A stretch of 64,000 nt of DNA from an uncultured Clostridia bacterium (lineage in GTDB: Bacteria > Bacillota > Clostridia > Christensenellales > UBA1242), in the NCBI GenBank assembly GCA_947366545.1, contig CANBAL010000003.1:55492-119491 (forward strand), read 5' to 3'. Position numbers and translations under genes: made by a program. This document shows, one piece after another, positions 47,701 to 62,700 of the stretch (positions within the stretch are counted from its first letter, which is position 1; the number at the start of each line of letters is the position of its first letter). The notes below the pieces were generated by a model. That model worked only from the letters and a program-made list of their open reading frames with translations. It was not told the origin of the DNA and made no database searches.

Positions 47701-50700
47701 ACTAATGAAAATAATGCAATCACATATACATATAGATGGTTTAAAGGTGAGACTTTAATTTCTGGACAGACTGGCAGAGATCTTAGTCTTAGTAAGGTAA
47801 CAACAAATGACGAGGGAAGTTATACTCTTCAAATTCTTGCTACTTACAATGGACAAACCGCAGAAGTTAATGTACCTTTCACATTAAAGGTTACTACTGT
47901 TAAGATTATTTCTTTCACTCTTGATAGAACTAGTGATACTTACAAGAACGAGGCTTTGTCACTTAACGCAAACCTCAATTTCAGCGTAGGTGCACCTCAA
48001 AACCTTAATATACTTAATAAACTTGGAAATGGTACGATTAAATTCACTATATCTTACAAGCAAAGTGCAGATAGTGAGGCAGTGGCCGTTTCTGAAATCA
48101 AGAATGCTGGAATTTATACTATCACACTTGTTCTTGATACTACAATTTATGAGTTTGATACTGATGTCGCAAACAGCCAAATTTTCACAGTAGGGCAATT
48201 TGAATACACTCTCAAAGAGAGCGATGTAAGCCTTTCTAAGGTGTTTGGTGAGTCCGACCCTAAACTTCAAACTATCTTAAACTTAAACCGTGAAGATGTC
48301 ACAGTTGAGTTTATTCGTGGGGCTGGTGAAGCAGTTGGTAATTATGCATTATCTAAAAAGTCTGTAAATAACAGCAATTATAATATTATAGTTCCTGCAA
48401 ACACATGGTTTAAGATTAATAAAACAACTTCAAATCTTTACCTATCCTTCTCTGGCAATTTGACTATGGTTTATAATGGCAAGACACCTGCAAGCATAGA
48501 GACTATTTACGATAATGGCTGGAAGGCTATTGTAAAAGACTCAGACAACAATGAACTTGCTCGCGTAAATATGAATCTTAAATCAGGAAAGGATGAAGAA
48601 AGCACATCTCCAGTGACAGTAAATCTTGACACTGCATTTAATGGGTTTATAATTACAATTAAAGAAATCAGCAAAAATGTTGGCGAATATGACCTTGAAG
48701 TTGGTGGCACCTCCTCTACCTATGCTGGCATATTCTTTGAAGGTACTGCACCTAAATTTACAATTACTAAGGCGACAATAGTTGTTAAGAATGTAGTTAA
48801 GACATTTGATGAAGCTGCAACCTTCACTTGGAACTCATTAGCCACTGATAATACTACAACTCTTACCGCAGAAAATCTTGTTGCGGGAGAGGATGTAACT
48901 ATATCTGGTAGTATGCTTGGCGTAACTGTAGGCACATATGGTGTGTCTAGTCTCACAGTCTCTGGTAAAGACTCTGGCAACTATAATGTGACTTGCAGCG
49001 AAAACGGAAGAATTAAGGTGTCCGATGCTACAATCGCATTAACAAATGGAACTGAAAACTTTAATTATGGACAAATAAAAGAATCAACTTTAAATTCACC
49101 AAGCACAATGAGAGATTTATTACAACTCGCTCTCACTGCAAATGGTAATGCTTCCGATGCATTCAATGCTGGTTATGTTACAATCAGCAGCGTAACAATA
49201 GCATCAGCTACATATTCAAAGGGCGGTAACTTAAATGTACTGCCAGAGGGTGGTAAGTATACAGTATCTATCACACTTACTTCTTCTAACTATACAAAAG
49301 CGAACGAAAACTTTAATGTTCAGATAACAATCAATACTATCACCATAGACCTAAGTGGAAACACAGTAACTAAGCAGTATGACGGAACTAACGCATTACC
49401 ACCTCTTACATGGAACATGGCAGGGCTACTCAGTGGAGACCAAGTAACTGTAACAGGTAACTACAATAGCACAGCAATTGGTACTGGCATCGCTCTTACT
49501 CTTAACCTTACTGGTGCTGATGCTGCCAACTATACAATTAAAACTCCTACACCTACTGGTAGCATTACTTCTAAAGAGTTTAAGTTTACACCTAACTATG
49601 CTACTATCGACTTTGCAAATGACGGAGTAACTAATCCAACAGGCGAAGAATTTACAGTTACCTACAACGGTAATTCTGCAACCTTCCTCTCTGCTATTGC
49701 AAGCCATTATGCAACCAGACAAGGATACACTCAAACAGGTTGGACATATGGTACAGATAACACTGACATTAAAACAGACTTCGATACCTTCCTCAGCGCA
49801 GTAGTAGAGGCAAATAAGAAAGGCACTCTTACACTTAACGCTGTATGGCAGATAGAAAAGAGAGAGGTTGTTGTTAATGTAAATAACGCTACCGTTAAAG
49901 TAGGGGATACTACTCTCACAAGCGGCACCGCTATCGAAGTGGATTACTTCTCTTCTATCACTCTTAATATTACTGGTAATGAGGGATATAAATATGTGAG
50001 AGAATCTCACACCGGCACCGCTACTCTTACTGAAACCGGTAAAAATACCCTTAACGCTACTGTAAATGTATCTAACATTACAAGCGCAGTTACAATCTCC
50101 CTCGTAATGGAAGAAATTACAGTAACCTTTAAAGCAACTAAGAACGATACTAATCTTCTTAATACAACCGTTACTGGCTGGGCTAGTGATATTACCCTTA
50201 ATTACTCCGCACTTAATGACCAAGTAGACAAACTTCTTACTACTATGACCGCTACCGCTGGTACATACACTCAAACTGCTTGGACTTTGGGTGCTAAGAA
50301 TGTTGCTCTTACAGATAACCTCCTTGCTTTAGTAAAAGAGGTTAAAGGTACTCTTACTGAGGATACAGTAGTAGAAACTCTTGCTCCTGTTTGGACTGGC
50401 GTTGCATACACTATCACATTCAATAAGAATGATGAGAACGCAACCTTCGTAACTGGCAGTGAGACAATAGACGCTACCTATGGCGAGCCTCTTACCGGCT
50501 TCCCAACAGTAGCTAAGACAGGTATGAATAATATCTGGAATACTAAGGCTGACGGCACAGGCACAACCTATGCAGAAGGAAATAAACTTACAACAAGAGG
50601 AACTTTAAACGGAGATAAATATTCTCTTACCCTCTATGCGATCTGGTCTAATGCTGATGTTGATGTAACTATCAACCCTAACATTAAGTCAGAAGGCAAT

Positions 50701-53700
50701 AACACACATATTACTAGGGTGACAGTAGATGGCACAGCTATCACAGCACCTACTACAAATACACTTAACTTTGCTAGTCAAAGAGTAATAGTAGTATCCC
50801 TTGACCCTGGTTATGAACTTGATACTACCGAAACTAAACTTACCGCTGGTAAAGGTCAAGTGAAGATTGAAGGCAATACAATCACTCTTAGTGCAGTGTC
50901 AGAACCTTCTACCTTAAATATCGTTGCTAAAGCAAAAACATATACTGTTACACTTAACGCAACCTATGCTACAGTAAATCCAACCTCTATTCAAGTAGTA
51001 TTTGATAGCACAATGACTAATCTTCCTACTCCAACAAGAGATGGATATACCTTTAAATCATGGACAGATAGCGAGGGTAATGAGTATAGCACAACTACTA
51101 CATATACAGTAGCTGGTGATATAACCCTCAACGCTACTTGGACAGTAAAGACAGATAAATATGTAACTGCAAATATAGGCACAGACTTTGAAGCATTCTA
51201 CAATGGTGCAAACCAACAAGTGGCTTCTGCTACTCTTACTGCAGGTGGTAAAACAATTACTGTCGGCGAAACACTTACAAACGGCGAAAAAGTTACCTCT
51301 CTCTACTATGAAGTTAAGAATGGCGAGACCTACTCTAAAGTAGCTGACGGCGCTACCCTTACCCTTAAAGATGTAACTAATACTTCTTACCGCTTGGCTG
51401 TTGTAATTGAAGACCTTCTCACCTCTACATCTTACACAGCATACCTTGCTGAAAAGAATGTGAATATAAAGGCAGCTGCTATTGAAGTTACAGGAGAAAA
51501 CCTTGTAAGCTACTACACTGGCACAAATGCTTTTGTAGGAACTGATACTGCAACTCAAGGCACTCTTCAATATGTAAACGGCGAAACCCCAGTAACTGAA
51601 ATTACAATTTCAAGAGTTGTATTTGAAGGCACTACATTCAATGTGGCCACCGGACTTACCGTAAGATATTACCTTAATATAGAAAAAGACTTACTCGCAA
51701 ATTACTCTGATATTAGTGGCAATGAAACTGACGGCTACTACATTACAGTAACAGGCGCTTCAATCATCGCTACTCCACTCACAATTACAGCAAAAGGTCA
51801 AGGCTTTGAAACAGGCTCTAAACATATAGTAAATAACTATGATGTTACAACTGATACTGATGTTTCTCTAACAGGCTTCAATGTAACAATCACTCTTACA
51901 ACAACAGGAACTACTGGACCTCAAACATCATTCACAGAAGCCGACTTCACTGTAATGCGTGGAACAGAAGATGTAACTAGCAACTTTACTCATACTCTTG
52001 CTGGTATATACACAATTCTTTCAAAAGATAATACTTATCAGTATACCTTTGATGTTAAATATCTTACTTCATCAAATGGCAGCGTATCTCTTGAGAAAAC
52101 AACAGGCTATACAATTAAACTCTCCGCTCTTAAAGTTGGAGAAAACAATGTATACATTGGTGAAGATAGTTACTTTAACTACACCATTGGTGATACCCCT
52201 GTATTTACCCTCTCTGGTAATAACACAGATAAGGTTGTACTTGTTGTAAACGACGACTACACATTAACCTTTAATGCAACCATTAATGGAGCATTCACTA
52301 ATGCTACCTTCTTAACATTTACAAGCGATACAGAAGTAGAGTCACTTAAATCTACTCTCGCTACTCTCACTGCACTCAACGATAAGACAATACCTCTCAC
52401 TGGTACAACTTCTCAAACTCTTACCGCAGTTGTAACCGATGTTAAGGTTGTTACTCTTAACTATGGTGCATGCGAACAAGCCCCTACTACTGTCTACGCT
52501 AAGATAGGTGAGGGTACTACAATCACTCCTCCTACTTGGACAGGATTTACCCTTAAAGGTTGGTCAACAGTAAATGGTGTTACTATCTCTGGTGCAACAC
52601 TTAGTGTTCCTACCACCGCTAACATCCTTCCTGTTACCTTAACTGCTGAATGGGAAATCACTAAACCTACTACTTCTTTGAATAATCAAGAGATTACCAT
52701 TAACGCAAGTGAAGGTAATGAAAATATCAACCTTGCTAGTGTAATAGGGGTTGTAACTGATGCAACAAGCGACCTTACATACACCTACTCTTGGTACAAC
52801 GCTTCTAACGAACTTCTTGCTTCGGGTGAAACCCTTACCGTTAAGGCTGACACCGATGCAGTCGGAGACTACTATGTAGTTGTTACCGCATCTAAAGCAG
52901 GACTTACTTCAGTAAATTCTGATCACATTGCTTTCACAATTAAAGTAACTAAGGCAACTTTAAATGTAACAATGGATACCGCTGGCTCCTTCGAGTACAA
53001 CAACACGAACAGAACAAGCGATATCACATTCACAGTTAATGGTGAAAAGAAAACACTTGCTTCACTTCTTACTGCTGGTAATGTATACTTAACAATTAGT
53101 AACGGAACAACTGATGTAATCGAGATTAAGAATGTGGGTACTTACACAATCTCTGTAAATGTAAATGATAAGATTTACAATACAGTTACAGATACCTTTA
53201 CTGTAAAAGTAACTGAGTACGATTACGAAATCAAAGACACCGATGTTGCTCATTTATGGAAATATGTTGGTGCAAGTGATCCTAATCTTGAAGCTACTCT
53301 TACATTAAATGGTGAAACACTTACCGTTTACTTCACAAGAGAGACAGGGGAAACTGCAGGCACTTACAAGCTTTCAATAGATACTACTAAGACTAACTAC
53401 TCTAACTACAACCTCTCTATTGATGAAAACAATAAGTACTTTGAAGTTAAAGCTTCTACAAATGTTCTAGTAATATCTTTAGCAAGCGAACTTAAAAAGA
53501 CTTATGATAAAGAAACTGTATCACTTTCAACTAGATATGAAGGTGGTGTATGGAAACTTGTAGTAACAAGTGGAACAGACGAGATTATCTCTGACCTTAC
53601 CTTCCAGACACTTAATGGTGACACTCTTACTCCATTTACTTCTAATGAAAATACACTTGCTGGTGCAGTATTCTCACTTAAGAACCCAAGTGTAAACGCT

Positions 53701-56700
53701 GGAAGTTATGAGATAGAAGTAAAGGGTGGTACAAACTATCCAAATGCTGCCTTTAACACTACTACTTACTTTACAATAGACCAAAAAGGTTTAGTAGTAA
53801 CAAAGGTAACTAAAGTATTCGATAGAACTAACACTTTTGATAACTCTAATGTAACTTACACAGGCGTAGTTGCTGGTGATAGCATCACACTTACTGGTAC
53901 CTTTGATAGTGAACATGCTGGTGACAGAACTGCAACCTTTACTATCAACGGAGACGCTAAGGCTAACTACAAAGTAGTAGAAGGCACTGGCTATACTGCA
54001 ACAATTACTACTTCTAGTGAAGCAGTAGACCTTACAGTAACTAAGACAACCTTTAACTATGGCGAGATTACTGATGGCCTTAACAAAGATCAACTCCTTG
54101 CTCTCCTTGGTACCCTTACTCTTACTATAGGCTCTGGCTATACTAACGCTATCGCTGACGGTTATGTTACAATTTCTAATGTTTCTATCACATCAGCTAC
54201 ATATTCAAAGGGCGGTAACTTAAATGTACTGCCAGAGGGTGGTAAGTATACAGTATCTATCACACTTACTTCTTCTAACTATACAAAAGCGAACGAAAAC
54301 TTTAATGTTCAGATAACAATCAATACTATCACCATAGACCTAAGTGGAAACACAGTAACTAAGCAGTATGACGGAACTAACGCATTACCACCTCTTACAT
54401 GGAACATGGCAGGGCTACTCAGTGGAGACCAAGTAACTGTAACAGGTAACTACAATAGCACAGCAATTGGTACTGGCATCGCTCTTACTCTTAACCTTAC
54501 TGGTGCTGATGCTGCCAACTATACAATTAAAACTCCTACACCTACTGGTAGCATTACTTCTAAAGAGTTTAAGTTTACACCTAACTATGCTACTATCGAC
54601 TTTGCAAATGACGGAGTAACTAATCCAACAGGCGAAGAATTTACAGTTACCTACAACGGTAATTCTGCAACCTTCCTCTCTGCTATTGCAAGCCATTATG
54701 CAACCAGACAAGGATACACTCAAACAGGTTGGACATATGGTACAGATAACACTGACATTAAAACAGACTTCGATACCTTCCTCAGCGCAGTAGTAGAGGC
54801 AAATAAGAAAGGCACTCTTACACTTAACGCTGTATGGCAGATAGAAAAGAGAGAGGTTGTTGTTAATGTAAATAACGCTACCGTTAAAGTAGGGGATACT
54901 ACTCTCACAAGCGGCACCGCTATCGAAGTGGATTACTTCTCTTCTATCACTCTTAATATTACTGGTAATGAGGGATATAAATATGTGAGAGAATCTCACA
55001 CCGGCACCGCTACTCTTACTGAAACCGGTAAAAATACCCTTAACGCTACTGTAAATGTATCTAACATTACAAGCGCAGTTACAATCTCCCTCGTAATGGA
55101 AGAAATTACAGTAACCTTTAAAGCAACTAAGAACGATACTAATCTTCTTAATACAACCGTTACTGGCTGGGCTAGTGATATTACCCTTAATTACTCCGCA
55201 CTTAATGACCAAGTAGACAAACTTCTTACTACTATGACCGCTACCGCTGGTACATACACTCAAACTGCTTGGACTTTGGGTGCTAAGAATGTTGCTCTTA
55301 CAGATAACCTCCTTGCTTTAGTAAAAGAGGTTAAAGGTACTCTTACTGAGGATACAGTAGTAGAAACTCTTGCTCCTGTTTGGACTGGCGTTGCATACAC
55401 TATCACATTCAATAAGAATGATGAGAACGCAACCTTCGTAACTGGCAGTGAGACAATAGACGCTACCTATGGCGAGCCTCTTACCGGCTTCCCAACAGTA
55501 GCTAAGACAGGTATGAATAATATCTGGAATACTAAGGCTGACGGCACAGGCACAACCTATGCAGAAGGAAATAAACTTACAACAAGAGGAACTTTAAACG
55601 GAGATAAATATTCTCTTACCCTCTATGCGATCTGGTCTAATGCTGATGTTGATGTAACTATCAACCCTAACATTAAGTCAGAAGGCAATAACACACATAT
55701 TACTAGGGTGACAGTAGATGGCACAGCTATCACAGCACCTACTACAAATACACTTAACTTTGCTAGTCAAAGAGTAATAGTAGTATCCCTTGACCCTGGT
55801 TATGAACTTGATACTACCGAAACTAAACTTACCGCTGGTAAAGGTCAAGTGAAGATTGAAGGCAATACAATCACTCTTAGTGCAGTGTCAGAACCTTCTA
55901 CCTTAAATATCGTTGCTAAAGCAAAAACATATACTGTTACACTTAACGCAACCTATGCTACAGTAAATCCAACCTCTATTCAAGTAGTATTTGATAGCAC
56001 AATGACTAATCTTCCTACTCCAACAAGAGATGGATATACCTTTAAATCATGGACAGATAGCGAGGGTAATGAGTATAGCACAACTACTACATATACAGTA
56101 GCTGGTGATATAACCCTCAACGCTACTTGGACAGTAAAGACAGATAAATATGTAACTGCAAATATAGGCACAGACTTTGAAGCATTCTACAATGGTGCAA
56201 ACCAACAAGTGGCTTCTGCTACTCTTACTGCAGGTGGTAAAACAATTACTGTCGGCGAAACACTTACAAACGGCGAAAAAGTTACCTCTCTCTACTATGA
56301 AGTTAAGAATGGCGAGACCTACTCTAAAGTAGCTGACGGCGCTACCCTTACCCTTAAAGATGTAACTAATACTTCTTACCGCTTGGCTGTTGTAATTGAA
56401 GACCTTCTCACCTCTACATCTTACACAGCATACCTTGCTGAAAAGAATGTGAATATAAAGGCAGCTGCTATTGAAGTTACAGGAGAAAACCTTGTAAGCT
56501 ACTACACTGGCACAAATGCTTTTGTAGGAACTGATACTGCAACTCAAGGCACTCTTCAATATGTAAACGGCGAAACCCCAGTAACTGAAATTACAATTTC
56601 AAGAGTTGTATTTGAAGGCACTACATTCAATGTGGCCACCGGACTTACCGTAAGATATTACCTTAATATAGAAAAAGACTTACTCGCAAATTACTCTGAT

Positions 56701-59700
56701 ATTAGTGGCAATGAAACTGACGGCTACTACATTACAGTAACAGGCGCTTCAATCATCGCTACTCCACTCACAATTACAGCAAAAGGTCAAGGCTTTGAAA
56801 CAGGCTCTAAACATATAGTAAATAACTATGATGTTACAACTGATACTGATGTTTCTCTAACAGGCTTCAATGTAACAATCACTCTTACAACAACAGGAAC
56901 TACTGGACCTCAAACATCATTCACAGAAGCCGACTTCACTGTAATGCGTGGAACAGAAGATGTAACTAGCAACTTTACTCATACTCTTGCTGGTATATAC
57001 ACAATTCTTTCAAAAGATAATACTTATCAGTATACCTTTGATGTTAAATATCTTACTTCATCAAATGGCAGCGTATCTCTTGAGAAAACAACAGGCTATA
57101 CAATTAAACTCTCCGCTCTTAAAGTTGGAGAAAACAATGTATACATTGGTGAAGATAGTTACTTTAACTACACCATTGGTGATACCCCTGTATTTACCCT
57201 CTCTGGTAATAACACAGATAAGGTTGTACTTGTTGTAAACGACGACTACACATTAACCTTTAATGCAACCATTAATGGAGCATTCACTAATGCTACCTTC
57301 TTAACATTTACAAGCGATACAGAAGTAGAGTCACTTAAATCTACTCTCGCTACTCTCACTGCACTCAACGATAAGACAATACCTCTCACTGGTACAACTT
57401 CTCAAACTCTTACCGCAGTTGTAACCGATGTTAAGGTTGTTACTCTTAACTATGGTGCATGCGAACAAGCCCCTACTACTGTCTACGCTAAGATAGGTGA
57501 GGGTACTACAATCACTCCTCCTACTTGGACAGGATTTACCCTTAAAGGTTGGTCAACAGTAAATGGTGTTACTATCTCTGGTGCAACACTTAGTGTTCCT
57601 ACCACCGCTAACATCCTTCCTGTTACCTTAACTGCTGAATGGGAAATCACTAAACCTACTACTTCTTTGAATAATCAAGAGATTACCATTAACGCAAGTG
57701 AAGGTAATGAAAATATCAACCTTGCTAGTGTAATAGGGGTTGTAACTGATGCAACAAGCGACCTTACATACACCTACTCTTGGTACAACGCTTCTAACGA
57801 ACTTCTTGCTTCGGGTGAAACCCTTACCGTTAAGGCTGACACCGATGCAGTCGGAGACTACTATGTAGTTGTTACCGCATCTAAAGCAGGACTTACTTCA
57901 GTAAATTCTGATCACATTGCTTTCACAATTAAAGTAACTAAGGCAACTTTAAATGTAACAATGGATACCGCTGGCTCCTTCGAGTACAACAACACGAACA
58001 GAACAAGCGATATCACATTCACAGTTAATGGTGAAAAGAAAACACTTGCTTCACTTCTTACTGCTGGTAATGTATACTTAACAATTAGTAACGGAACAAC
58101 TGATGTAATCGAGATTAAGAATGTGGGTACTTACACAATCTCTGTAAATGTAAATGATAAGATTTACAATACAGTTACAGATACCTTTACTGTAAAAGTA
58201 ACTGAGTACGATTACGAAATCAAAGACACCGATGTTGCTCATTTATGGAAATATGTTGGTGCAAGTGATCCTAATCTTGAAGCTACTCTTACATTAAATG
58301 GTGAAACACTTACCGTTTACTTCACAAGAGAGACAGGGGAAACTGCAGGCACTTACAAGCTTTCAATAGATACTACTAAGACTAACTACTCTAACTACAA
58401 CCTCTCTATTGATGAAAACAATAAGTACTTTGAAGTTAAAGCTTCTACAAATGTTCTAGTAATATCTTTAGCAAGCGAACTTAAAAAGACTTATGATAAA
58501 GAAACTGTATCACTTTCAACTAGATATGAAGGTGGTGTATGGAAACTTGTAGTAACAAGTGGAACAGACGAGATTATCTCTGACCTTACCTTCCAGACAC
58601 TTAATGGTGACACTCTTACTCCATTTACTTCTAATGAAAATACACTTGCTGGTGCAGTATTCTCACTTAAGAACCCAAGTGTAAACGCTGGAAGTTATGA
58701 GATAGAAGTAAAGGGTGGTACAAACTATCCAAATGCTGCCTTTAACACTACTACTTACTTTACAATAGACCAAAAAGGTTTAGTAGTAACAAAGGTAACT
58801 AAAGTATTCGATAGAACTAACACTTTTGATAACTCTAATGTAACTTACACAGGCGTAGTTGCTGGTGATAGCATCACACTTACTGGTACCTTTGATAGTG
58901 AACATGCTGGTGACAGAACTGCAACCTTTACTATCAACGGAGACGCTAAGGCTAACTACAAAGTAGTAGAAGGCACTGGCTATACTGCAACAATTACTAC
59001 TTCTAGTGAAGCAGTAGACCTTACAGTAACTAAGACAACCTTTAACTATGGCGAGATTACTGATGGCCTTAACAAAGACCAACTCCTTGCTCTCCTTGGT
59101 GACTTTACTCTTACTATCGGCTCTGGCTATACTAACGCTATCGCTGACGGCTATGTTACAATTTCTAATGTAACCCTTGATAACCCTCAGTACTCTTCAT
59201 CTCATCACCTTAAAGTAGGCAGTTATATTATCACTATTGCTCTTGATTCATCAGATTACTCTACCGCTGATATCTTCTCTAAACCTTTCAATATCACTGT
59301 TAATACTATTAATATCGATTTGAGTAGTACAGTGGTAGACAAAGTGTACGACAACACAACTGATATTATAAATGCTACTTGGGACTTGAGTGCTGTACTT
59401 GCGGGAGATAATGTATCAGTAAGTGCAAGTTATCAAGACAAGACCGTTGGAGAGAACAAAACACTTAATGTTGAATTTACTGGATTGGATGCAGGAAACT
59501 ATCAAATCTCAAATAAGCCAACCGGAAGAATTACTGCAACTTCAGTAAGACTTGTATTCAACAATACCGCACTTGCTGACTTTGTAAACGATAAAGAGAT
59601 TTACGCATCTAAGACTTATGCAGATATCACTTATCCAACCACCGACGCGGCTGGCACTCTTGGACTTCTTACTAAGCCAACAAGAGAAGGTTATCATGTG

Positions 59701-62700
59701 ACAAACTGGGCTTATGAAGTAAGTACAGGACGCTACGAAGCAATAACCGAGGCAAACATAATAGCAGTTCTTGACAAAGCGTATGGAAATGGTAAAGAAC
59801 TTACTATCTACGCTGAGTGGGAAAAGAATGATATTATAATAAGCATCACCTCTGTACTTGGTGAAGTTGCTAAAGCGGGAGATGTGGCAGCAGACACCTA
59901 TACAATTAAATACTATGATGACATTACCTTCACAGTTTTAGGAAATGTAGGTTACAAATTAGATGATGTAACTATCACTTCGGGCACTATTGTAGGTGGA
60001 CTTGAGAAATCTGGAGTAGGAACAAGAAAGGACGGTACATTCACCTTACATAAAGTTGCTTCAGATATCGCTTTAACAGTAGAATACTTGGAGATAAAAA
60101 TCACTGTAAATATTGACAAGAATATTCCACAGTACACTCAAGAGGTGGGTGAGGCATGGACAAGCGAAACCTTTGTATACTCAATGGACGCAAAACTTGC
60201 TGAACTTTTACCTGAGATTAAAGTACTTAGCGGAACATACACTCAAACTAAGTGGACTGCAACATTTGGCACCGATATTGATGTGGCGCTTGATGACAGC
60301 AGACTTCTTAAAGACATAATCGGCGAAGAGATAAACAGTGACGAAGACGCCGTTATCACCTTTAAGGCAGAGTGGGCAGGTGTAAATTACACAATAACAT
60401 TTAATAAAAACGATGTTGATGCAACTATAGAAGGCGATACGACAATAAATGTTGTTTATGGTCAATCTATGGCAGACAAGACATTCCCTACTGTTACAAA
60501 GATTGGTATGAAAAACACTTGGAACACAAGCGCAAATGGTAGTGGAAAATATTACACAAATGAAGACATCTTCCAAACTAGAGACGAAACAAGTGAAAGC
60601 AATTTTGCTGTAACATTATATGCTATCTGGGCTAATGAAGATTACACCTTCACAGTTGAGATAGACGACAGCCATGTTAAGTCAGTATTGTCTGGCGGAG
60701 TAGAAGTAACCAATGGAAACTTCACACTTCGATATGGCACTTCAATAAGTTTTGTAGTTACTGTTGACGAAGGTTACTTAATAGCATGCAACGAGGCTGA
60801 GTTTGCTGGCGTTGCCACTATTGAAAAACTTGGAAAGACATTAAAGATTACAAATCTTTCAGTAAATGATAAAGTATTCAAAATCTTTGCAATAGCACAA
60901 GAAAATACTATGACAGTGAATACAAATCTCTCAACACTTACAAATGTAACGGTGGGAGGCGAGGTGGTTACTGCAACTGGAAATACTTTCAAAGCAGACA
61001 CTGGCAAAGAAATTGTACTTACATTTACAGCAGAAAAGGGTTATACCTTTGATAAAGATTCACTTGTAAATGTACAAGGCGGAATCATTGTAAGAGAGGA
61101 AACAGACGGTGTCCTTAAAATAACTTGGACTGGATTTACTTCTGATTCTATAATCACTGTTACACCTTCAGCAGTAGCTAATGTGGTAACATTAAAAGAT
61201 AGCTCTAATTATGTAAGCTCACTTTACATCAACTCTACATTACTTCCTGCAAGCGGTGCAACATACAACGCAATGACAGGCAGTGAACTTACAGTATCTG
61301 TACTCCTTAAGTATGGCTTTAAGAACATAACGCTTAACCTAGTAAATGATTTAAGTGAGATTATTACTAGTGAAAACATAGTAATTACTAAACTTGGAGA
61401 AGAGACTTGGGATGAAAGTGCAAAAGCATACAGACAATCCTTTACAATAACTGGATTTGTAGATGCGTTTAATATTAAAGTAAGTGCAGAAGCAAGAGAT
61501 TACAATTTTGCGATTTCTTCTGGCAATACCGCAATGGGTAGTGTAACTCCAACAACTGCTGCTTTAAAATTTGGTGAAAGCTTAAATCTTACTGCAACAG
61601 TAAACAGTGGTTTTGCATTCATTGGCTGGTTTGTAGGTGAAAAGGCTATTTCACTTGAAAGTGAATATACATTTGTACTTAATGAATCAAACAAGACTTA
61701 TCTTGAGTCGGGAGACCCTATTGAAATAGTTGCTAACTTTGACTACTCTGAAGCTGAATTTATAATAAGCACAGAGGGTAATGGTAGTCTAGTTTACAAG
61801 ATAGGTGACGGCAACGAAATAGTCATCAACCAAAATGGTGAAAACAAGTCAATAGTTTCCTTCAACACATTACTTACTATTAAAACAGTACCTAACAGAG
61901 GATACGCACCTGAGTTTAAGTTCTATAGTGTTGACGGAAGTCAAATGACTTACACTAATTACACTTATGATGAAAGTACAGGCATCATGGTAATCCGTGC
62001 ACTTGCTGACGGGCCTAGACATATTAAGGTTGAATATGTTGCATGCAAGGCATCTATTAAAGTAGAAGCGGGCGTACAAATCAACTACCAGATGAGTTAT
62101 GGCACCGATATCGGCGGAACAATTCACTGGTCAGATGAAAATGGTAATCTTAAAACTGTAACGGGTGGCATTGATGGCGTTTCATATACAATCGAGACGG
62201 CTACAGGAAACAAAGAGTACTTTGTAGTAAATAGAAATTCTGGATTCTCATTCACAATGTCTTCTAAGAATGCTGGTGTGATTATCAACAGATTAAACAA
62301 AGACGGCAAGGTGATTTTCGAAGTTGACGGAATTGTCGGCGATATTGAGGTTGAGGCAGTCTTTACTGCGGAAGACAACAACATTGATGTATACTTTGAA
62401 GACGAAAATCATGAAAGAGTACTTGCTGGTAAGATTTCAGTTTCAACATCTGGCTATGTTGTAGCATCCGGAAACGACTCCTCTTCAGTTAAAATAAACG
62501 CTTTAACTGGTCAGAGCGTAAGCATGGAGGTGTCTACAAATCTTACCTTTAGTTTTGATGAAGAAAGAGAAAGAATTTTTGATGCAAATGATGCAATTAA
62601 GGATAAAGTTATAGTAGGAAACCCTACAGATGACAATTTCGCATTGGGTTATACTAGAAAGGTAAGCGTAACTATTACGGATATTGATAGCAATGGTTAC

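Noticed and set aside
49426-56559. Identical pairs of long minus-strand ORFs: 282 aa at 49426-50274 and 54415-55263, 170 aa at 51058-51570 and 56047-56559, and others. They look like duplicated genes.
   Set aside because: They are antisense shadows of the giant plus-strand ORF. They are Cys/Ser/Val-rich and low in complexity, with no SD and no recognisable motif. They are identical only because the underlying 4,989-bp DNA is duplicated, and the plus-strand frame 1 is open and clearly protein-like throughout.
49202-59179. The 4,989-bp repeat as an insertion sequence, transposon or prophage fragment.
   Set aside because: It has no transposase or integrase ORF and no terminal inverted repeats. 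The period is a multiple of three, and both copies continue the host reading frame with adhesin-type modules. It is an intragenic segmental duplication.
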